Part shown: positions 56,051 to 64,000 of the stretch, in pieces
How positions within the stretch are numbered: the stretch's first letter is position 1
Layout of the letters: the number at the start of each line of letters is the position of its first letter
NCBI RefSeq assembly: GCF_036321535.1
Contig: NC_087437.1
Span: 80,044,001 to 80,108,000, forward strand
Direction of reading: 5' to 3'
Length of the DNA stretch: 64,000 nucleotides
DNA from: Camelus dromedarius
Lineage: Eukaryota
The notes under the pieces: model-generated
The model's database searches: none
What the model was told of the DNA's origin: nothing
The model's input: the letters and a program-made list of their open reading frames with translations, nothing else
Translations under genes and position numbers: made by a program

Positions 56051-56719
56051 AAAATGCTAATTGTTTCCATTTTATCACCAACTCACAGTCACAATTTTAA
56101 TCAATATGAGGATCACGATTAAAACTCGCTCATGTGTTTCACATTTATCAATGCAGGATAAAGACATCACCTGCACACAACCCAGCCTGATGGAAATAGC
56201 TTGATATGTTCTTCACTTCTGAGTCTTCGCTTGAATAGAGGCAGGGCATTAAAGAAGCTTGCTCATAATTATCCAATATTCTATTGCCTCAGGAAGTGGG
56301 GGGTACCAAATGAACAATTCTGCACAGAGTTTTTCCAGTATGCAGTGTTGTATGAATTGCTTTACACAACACCTGGATTTAGCAAAGCTCCCTCTCTACT
56401 CACTTAAGACTTTATTCTAGTTCCAACATTCCCTGATTAGGAATACTCAGTTTTTGTACCATTACACAGCATCTTATTTGATGTACCAATATATAAATAC
56501 TATAATTCTAAAAATGTTTACTTGATGTTCAAGCATTGGTACTATCCCAAGCAAAGATTTAATTGCAGGCACGTTTTCATATTACACAAGGAAAGGTTAG
56601 TGCTCAAGAAATGTGAACTGAATGAACGAATGGTAGAAGAAGAGATATTTAAATAATTTAAAGAATTTTATAATGGACCTCGGAGACAGATATTTTAAAA
56701 AGCAGTAAAATACTTAAGC

Positions 56720-56751
<32 letters not shown>

Positions 56752-58707
56752 GAAAAAAGCATTTGTAAAGATTTCAAAAACTAAGTTCATTATAAAGCAT
56801 TTATGGAGTTATAAGAAATATCACAATATACTGAAGCTTTAAAAATTACATACAATAGTTTTTACTTCTAAAAAGGACTCTTGGTTTAAGAGCCTCTAAG
56901 AGAAGCAACCAAATACCCAGAAAAACAAATTGCCTTTGATTACAACACATTTATTATGGGTATAATCTTAGTTTATTAAGTGACTCTGGATAACACTGGT
57001 TTCAAAAGATCTACATTTCAAAACTTAAAATGAGACAAAAAGGTTTGCAGAGTCTAAATCACCTGAATAATTACATTTTTTCACCCCTTTACTACAGATT
57101 GTATGTCAAATATTGAGTAGCAAGAGCATGAGAACTTAAATAATTCTAGTCACTAATAAACAAGGGGCTACATCAAATCTGTGCTAAGTCTTCTACACAG
57201 TGGCTATCTCTTCATAACGAAGAGTAACAAGACCATAGTTATAAACATCAAAGGCCTAACCTGATGAATTAAAAGGTAGGCAAAATCAAATCGTTTTGGT
57301 AACGTCGTGACTCGTGGTACCTAAATCTCTCAATACCTCATGTCAAAGAGCACCAGATACAGTCAATGCTCTCTTCCTAGGAACAGGCCAAAAGGAGAAC
57401 CTACAGCCTTTTAAGGTATGTATCTTGCAAAGACAACCTATCAATTAAATAGACTGAGTGTCCATCATATGCAAAGCTTCCAGAAAAGATCAGACCAAAA
57501 GCTTCCTAGTAGTGTACGCACTTCATACACAACTATTGAGATGCTTAGTTTTGCAGCAGCAAAAGCATAAAATTGTGCAAGCCTGTCAAATGTTACTCTG
57601 CCAGGACATGGAAACATCAATAATGACCGCATCGGGAACTTTAATTTCAGCAGTCTTTTGCAGTAGATATAGATCATACATAAATGGATCACTGCATAGC
57701 TCATTATGGAGGAAATGGACTGCAGCTGACACGGCAGACAGACTGACTATATAACCCCAATTTTCCCTCACTGGCAACTTTTTGATGCTTTTTTAACTCC
57801 AGGGCTATAGTTTGTTTTCCTCTTAGAATCAGCTTAACAATGAGTTGTAATGGAAATTTTTCCCTAAAAGTGTTCAGTCATGGGTTCAGTTGGTTAATGA
57901 AGTCAAGATCACCTTGCCATGAAGTTCATATGGAAGGAAAAATATTCCACACCCAAGGTCAGCTCCTGCTCAGGGTGTATCATAGGCCAAAGGGGCACTG
58001 GTGAGAGGTCCAGACCCTGTCAGCCGTCATGGGCAGTCAGTAACATAATCATTCCTGCTTTTCATGTTGGAACGTTTGAGTTGCCAAACGAGGTTTGGAA
58101 AGAAGAAGAGAGGTATGGCAACGTCTCTGCCCTGTGCACCACACAACCCAAGAGGAAAATAATAAATCTAAGGTATAGCATATTTTTAGGACCAAGTAAA
58201 TAGTGTAGCAAGTAAGTGTGGGAAGAATGAAGAAAAAGGAAAAACTGCAATGTTGGGTGTAGTTAAAAGAAACGTTGAGGAGGTGAATTCGATGCTAGTC
58301 CTTCTGAACACAGAGAAGGCAGAGGGTGGGTGGGTAAAAGGAGCCCCCTGGCTCATCCCCAGAGAGAAGCTTAGGACCCTCCATCCAGGCAAAAATACAG
58401 CTAAGGCTTTCCAATGTGCGTAACAGGAGGTCAACTCTTGCTTTTATTCCAGAACCACTAAGGCTCTGGCTCATCCTTTAGTTAGAAACAGGGAATGCAG
58501 GATGCTGTGTTCAGAAAATAACTGGTATCTAAAGACTTGCTAAGAAAAGTGCACCTCAAGGAAAAGCATTTAAGATAACCACTCCTGAAGGCTTTCTAAG
58601 TTCTATCCTTGGGTCAAGTTAGAGCTTCATAAAGCTACATGTTAGGAGGATCTTAGCTTAGCCTTTAAAAATGTCCTTTACTGAATTATGTTTTAAAATT
58701 AAACTCT

Positions 58708-59037
58708 GAGTAGAACAGTGGTTACCAAGGGCTGAGTGTGGAAAATGGGGAAATGTTGGTCAAAGGTACAAACTTTCACTTATAAGATGAATAAGAAGTT
58801 CTGGGGATTCAATATACAGCATGATGACTACAGTTAGTAACATTATATTGTGTACTTGAAATATGTTAAGAAAATAGATCTTCAGCACTCCAAAAAAAAA
58901 TACGTGAAGTGATGGATATGTTAATTAACTTGATTGAGATAATTATTTCACAATATATACATGTATTGAACTATCAAGTTAAATAAATACAATTTTATTT
59001 GTCAATTGTATCTCAATAAAGCTTGAAAAATTGAATT
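58708..59037 (+). mobile_element. 5'-truncated L1MA-type (L1MA8/9-like) insertion
   Basis: gagtagaacagtggttacc...ggggaaatgttggtcaaaggtacaaactttca...gtgatggatatgttaattaacttgat...ctcaataaagct. 12-bp TSD AAATTAAACTCT at 58696-58707 and 59038-59049, with a TTTT/AAAA endonuclease site. Confidence 0.9.
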
Positions 59038-59054
59038 AAATTAAACTCTCTGGG

Positions 59055-59345
59055 TTGGCAAAATTTATCAAAAATAATCATCTCACTTCCTTTGATCCAG
59101 TAACTCCAATTCAGGCAATTATTCCTATAAATGATCTCCTTTGAGTGTGTTGATACGTATATGTTAATTATACTGTACCTTTTATTTTTCTTTTTGTAGT
59201 TGGAGAACACTGAGCAGAACCTGAATGCATGAATGCATACTGGCAGAGGACAGGTTAACTGAGTTAAGCTGTAATCATATGATAAATACTATGCAGCCAT
59301 TAAAAAAAAGGATGTTGTATACCTACATATCCTGACCTAGAACTA
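59055..59345 (+). mobile_element. Older L1ME-type fragment
   Basis: cctttgatccagtaactcca...aaatactatgcagccattaaaaa. Confidence 0.6.
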
Positions 59346-59925
59346 GTAAACCAGGGGCTAATATCTGAATGACGAGACGAGGCTATTCACAGGAAGATCT
59401 GGGGTTAGAACACACCAGGGTTAGGTCACAACAAAAGAAAACACCCTGAGCAGGATGTACTATTCTAAGAAGGCCACCGACAATTGAAGTGAAGTAGGTG
59501 AGGATGGGAAGATGAAGACTGAGACGTGAGTGTGACCCAGATCACATGTAGCTCTGAAGATCACAGCAGTGGCATTGTCTCCTAAATATAATGGGAACCA
59601 GCAGAGTATTTTAGGCAGATGCCATGGTGTGTACTTTAAAATAATCTCTCTACCCTCTGTATGGAACTTGAATTGTACAGGCTAAGAGTAGAGTGGGAAT
59701 ACAGACAGGTGGCCATTGCTGCAGTCCACGCAAGGGGCTTGGCATGGTGGCAGCACAAATACCGTGAGTAAATGGTTTGGGGGAACATTCTAGAGTCAAA
59801 AGGCTAGTTTCCTCTTCCTTTACATAGTTCTTATTTTCTCTATTTCTAATGCAGTGGTGGTGTTGTACATGTAAATTTTATTGTCCACCTTGCATCCTTT
59901 TTGAAAGCAGGTAGGGTGTAAAGTT

Positions 59926-60082
59926 ATTTTTTTTATCTTTTTTTTTATTATTTTTTGGGAGGGGAGGAAGGTAATTAGGTTTATTTATGTATTTATTTAT
60001 TTTTAGAGGAGGTGCTGGAAATTGAACCCAGGACCTCATACATACAAGGCATGTGCTCTACCACTTGAGCTATACCCTCCCC
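59926..60082 (-). mobile_element. tRNA-derived SINE, camelid Vic-1-like
   Basis: Minus strand reads GGGGAGGGTATAGCTCAAGTGGTAGAG (A box)...GGTCCTGGGTTCAATTTCC (B box)...AATAAACCTAATTACC, then an A-rich tail. Short TSD AAGTT (59921-59925 and 60083-60087). Confidence 0.88.
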
Positions 60083-60112
60083 AAGTTCTAACTAAAAGAT
60101 TACACACACGTA

Positions 60113-60116
<4 letters not shown>

Positions 60117-60145
<29 letters not shown>
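60117..60145. repeat. (TG)n microsatellite
   Basis: Uninterrupted TG run of about 14 units. Confidence 0.97.
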
Positions 60146-60148
<3 letters not shown>

Positions 60149-60897
60149 GGTACAAGCTAAGTAGCAACAGCATGAATATGCATGTGGAAAGAGCAAAAGC
60201 CAAGAATCCAACAGGCCTGTCTTCAAACTTGTGCTATTGAAGATTTTCTTCATATTTAAAAGGGTGTGAGCATTCATAGCTATGTTCATGATGTCATGAA
60301 GACTAAGAGAAAAAATTAAAAGTGCACAGTACAATATCTAGCACATTGAAGGTGACCAGCAATTGCTGGGGGTTCAAATGGGGAGGACTTTGGATACCGT
60401 CCCATGGGGAAGATCCCGGGATTTCTGAACAAGGGGGTCGGGTGCAAAGCAGTGTTTGAGGAAGGCAGTATACAGGCACTTTCAGGAGGCAGTGTATGAA
60501 GGGGAAAGGTCAGTTAGCAGATTATTGAATCCTTCACAACACCTACATTAGAAAGGGAAAGAAGAGATCTTATTATCACCATTGACAGACAAAGATGAGA
60601 ATGACTCACCTCAGGTCAAACAACAAATTAGGGGCAGAAATGAGACCGGGTTGGGAAATCACACTTTCTAGTTTAAGTATGGTAATTCTCCAGACCCCTG
60701 CTGCCTACATTATTCAAATATGGTATGTGAATCTGACCTTTGTCAAATATCAAAGGGCGCTGCAACCCATTAGATAAATAATATACCAAAGGTCAGAGAA
60801 TAGTGAAAATAGTGGTTTCTCCCAAGTTTCTAAAATTTGTTCCCTTCTTTGAGATTTGTCTACAATTTCCAATTTTCTTCTAAAATCAAAGCTTTTA

Positions 60898-60994
60898 GGT
60901 TGCTCTCTCCCTTGTCTTCTGAGATGGCCCGTACTCTATCTATGGAGTGTGCATCTCTCTGAATAAATCTACTTTTACGTTAAAAATAAGTAAG
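60898..60994 (+). mobile_element. Short polyadenylated LTR-like fragment flanked by a TSD
   Basis: LTR-like 3' sequence, AATAAA at 60962-60967, A-rich tail from 60982. Flanking 17-bp near-repeats at 60881-60897 and 60995-61011. Confidence 0.65.
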
Positions 60995-61864
60995 TAAAGT
61001 CAAAGTTTTTATTTAAATGGCATCTAACTACCCCTCTTTGCTCCTGCTGGATCTGCTTGTCTCCGTCCATGTCGCGTATGTGTGTGCACTCACACACACA
61101 TTTATTTCCAAAGTGAACGTGATCTGTCACCATTAACTCCAGCATGCAGAAAATGCTTCTAAAGAGACATTTAGTTTACCATATCTTTGGAACAAGTAAA
61201 GGTTTTTACAAATACCTTAGAGGAAATGTTCTCATCAGTAAATGTGACAATTTAAAAGCCTTGGTGTTTAGTGAAAGGGACAGCCTACCCTATAAAAACA
61301 AAATACAAAGTCATTTAAGATTCTTCAGTTAAAAATAATGCTATAATTTCACTGAGATCCAGGGCAGACTCAGATCAGGGACATGTGAGAGAGAGAGTAT
61401 CCAGAACAGGTAGTGGATAATGTCATCTTCTAGATTCACCCGACAACAAGGAGCACTAACTCACACAGGCTCCCTGCAATGGCACTGCCCGAGATGAGAA
61501 ACGCACCGTTTGGGACAGAATAGCAGGACCTACACAACAAAGACCAAATATCCCTGCTTTTCAAATTTGAGAATTTTAATCCTTAAAATATTTCATCAGA
61601 GCTCGCCTACTCACTTCCAAGTTACAACTGAGAGAGGTACTGATTATTTTTTAGCATCAGGGCAAGACTGATTGACACATTGATTAGAGTGTTTCCTTTC
61701 AACCCTCCTTCCCCAAGCACCATTCACTTGCAAAGAAAGGGCCTTACATAAGTCTACCCAGTAAAGGTCTGCCAACAAATATTATATTAACTAAAGCAGT
61801 TAAGAGGAAAGAGATTACTGAGATAAAAAGAGGACCTTCCCTCACAGTTGACCATTGATTCCCC

Positions 61865-62316
61865 CGACAAAGACTCTCTCCTTGACTAAAATTTAGTTAG
61901 GCTTCTCTGAGCCTTTTCCTTCACAAGGACTTGACCTTGGCCTTCCATGTTCATCCCTGCTAAACTTAGTTTTAGTGAGTGTATCCATTCCTGTATCCTT
62001 GATGTCTCTTCACCCTCGATATCTGATCAAGTTCTTATTACCCCTCACTTTGATCATCTTCCCTTCAGCAAGAATCTTACTGAATTGGTTTAGCAAAAAC
62101 CCTCCAACCCTTCATGTCTCCTCTGAGTAATGCTCCATCCACTGTATCCACTGCCCCCATCACTCTGCTCTTTGGCTGCAAATCCTCACTGTCCTTATTG
62201 TGTTAGGAACTGAGCTCCATTCCACATGGAACTCTCTTTTCCACTCTTGCGATGATACAGAACAAATTCTGTCTTTATCACCTTTAACTAGTGTCTGGCT
62301 CCGTTTTTCTTTGACA
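61865..62316 (+). mobile_element. MER31/MER67-like ERV1 solo LTR
   Basis: (c/t)gacaaagactctctccttgactaaaatttagttaggctt...gatatctgatcaagtt...cagcaagaatct...tttttctttgaca matches the MER31-family layout. Confidence 0.85.
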
Positions 62317-62867
62317 GCACATAGGGGCTCTCCCCATTACAAAGCATCTTTACATTTCTTATAACACCATTGATTCCCTCAATGATAATATAACTAGCAT
62401 GGAGTTGATGGTCAAAACATTTTCCAACTATAATTGAATTGAAGGGTATAAAAATTTTATGCTGTGAGAAATGGCAGAAGTTGTTGGAAAGAAAGTTACA
62501 TTAACATATGCGTCATTCTTATTTTCTTCCTCTCATCCTTCTCACTAATTATAATTTCTTATGTCCCTGGCATTGTTGCTAAACATGTTATCTGTATTAT
62601 CACTTACTTCTCACTGAGAACCTATGAGCTATGAACTAAGTCATCTTAGAAATGAGGCCCCTGAGCTCTAGTTAGTAAGTGATGGGGGCAGGACACTAGT
62701 CCCTTGAACCTAAAGAACATTTCCCTAACCACTCTGCTTAGAGGAGTTGCCAAGTGGAGATGTGGAGACCACGTGCCCAAACACACAGAGGCTGGAAAGA
62801 GGACCACATGTTCATGAATCACCAAGAAGTTTAGTATAGGTTGTGAGAACAGGGAAGAGGGAAGAGG

Positions 62868-62996
62868 TGCGGTGGTTAAAAGCCCAGGCTTTAGAGAGAT
62901 AGCTGGTACCACTCCATCTGAATGCCACCTTTGCTACCTGCAAACCCTGTGATCTTGGGGAAGTTATTTCCTCCCAGCCTCAGTCTCCTCATCTGG
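62868..62996 (+). mobile_element. MIR SINE fragment
   Basis: gtggttaaaagcccaggctttagag...ctgtgatcttggggaagttattt...gcctcagtctcctcatctg. Confidence 0.75.
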
Positions 62997-63747
62997 ACTC
63001 TGCTGCGTTAGCTATTTATATTATTACCATATTTCTTGGATCACAAATGGGCAATTTTTTTGTTTGATTTCTCTAAAAATCAACTATGTCAAATAATCAA
63101 TATAAAATAATCTTTTCAGCAGAAAGGCAGAGGAGTAAGATGCAACCCAACTGTTTTGTCTCAAGTATAGGAAACTAGTCTGCCCAGGTGTTTGTTCATT
63201 AACACATTTGAGTTCCTTGCATTTGTAGCATTATATGCGATAGAATTTTCACTGAAATATGGATCTCTAACTGTCACTTAAATGTCTTCAAAAAAGATTT
63301 TACTACAAAGCAGCTTGAGCATGCAGAAGATTGTCACATCCAGGTAATGCAATTAGAGACAGAAGACATTGCCAGTGTTTGAAAATAAATCATAAGACTT
63401 TTATAAGGCAGTGAAGCATTGCATGGCTGATTTGTGCACCATGAGGACTATCTCTGGGGCACCAACATCTGCCTGACAAATGCTTCTACTAGGTTTTCAA
63501 GAGAAGTTATTAAACTTCCAACAACATGTAATTCAATTAAAGAAAAAAAAAACATAAATTAACAAGAAGCAAATCAAACAGAACACCTCAAAATGACAAT
63601 GTCTATCTCTAAAGAAATTGTGAGTGTGTCTTATGAAAGGCAGTGCATCAGGATGAAACTACACAATTTCCAATAGCCTGAAGAAAATCAGAAGAATCTT
63701 TAGATTCTGATTGTAAGGAAAACTTGGGTTCAAGTTTGATTGTCAAT

Positions 63748-63914
63748 GGCAGAGAGTACCGCTCAGCGGTAGAGCTCATGCTTAGCCTGCACAAGGTCCT
63801 GGGTTCAATCCCCAGTGCTTCCTTTAAAAAAAAAAATGAATAAATAAACCTAATTACCTATCCCTCCAAATTTTTTAATTATAATTTTTTTAAATTAAAA
63901 ATTAAAAAAATTTT
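63748..63914 (+). mobile_element. tRNA-derived SINE, camelid Vic-1-like
   Basis: gctcagcggtagagctcatgcttagcctgcacaaggtcctgggttcaatccccagt (A and B boxes), then the same aataaacctaattacc motif as the copy at 60 kb and an AT-rich tail. Confidence 0.88.
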
Positions 63915-64000
63915 AAGTTTGCCATATTAAAAAAAGACCATCTTTGGTATTACATTGATTAATATAAACTATTGATAACTCGTGAAACAAATGTTTGTTT

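Noticed and set aside
63748..63822. tRNA-like sequence (also 60010-60082 on minus)
   Set aside because: A and B boxes are present, but they are followed by the SINE body and AT-rich tail and there is no proper acceptor stem. These are SINE heads, not tRNA genes.

Overview
AT-rich mammalian genomic DNA, not prokaryotic. Two tRNA-derived SINEs of the camelid Vic-1 type suggest alpaca, llama or camel (inference). The only protein-coding gene I can support is the 5' half of ZPLD1 (zona pellucida-like domain-containing protein 1, 'cupulin') on the minus strand. Four coding exons (17160-17055, 5722-5502, 2735-2554, 1138-1066) have canonical GT-AG junctions and splice in frame to 194 codons covering the signal peptide, ZP-N and the start of ZP-C; the rest of the gene lies beyond position 1. 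A candidate TATA promoter and first exon sit at about 20.0-20.2 kb. The remaining ~44 kb upstream has no recognisable coding sequence. It is filled with old eutherian repeats (L2, MIR, L3/CR1, L1M, MER DNA transposons, ERV1/ERVL/MaLR solo LTRs) and microsatellites. I found no evidence of a novel multi-gene system. The most notable oddities are the promoter/first-exon architecture, a polyadenylated LTR fragment apparently retroposed by L1 with a target-site duplication, and a young ~84-106 bp dispersed direct duplication. Repeat family names come from recalled consensus sequences and need RepeatMasker/Dfam confirmation.
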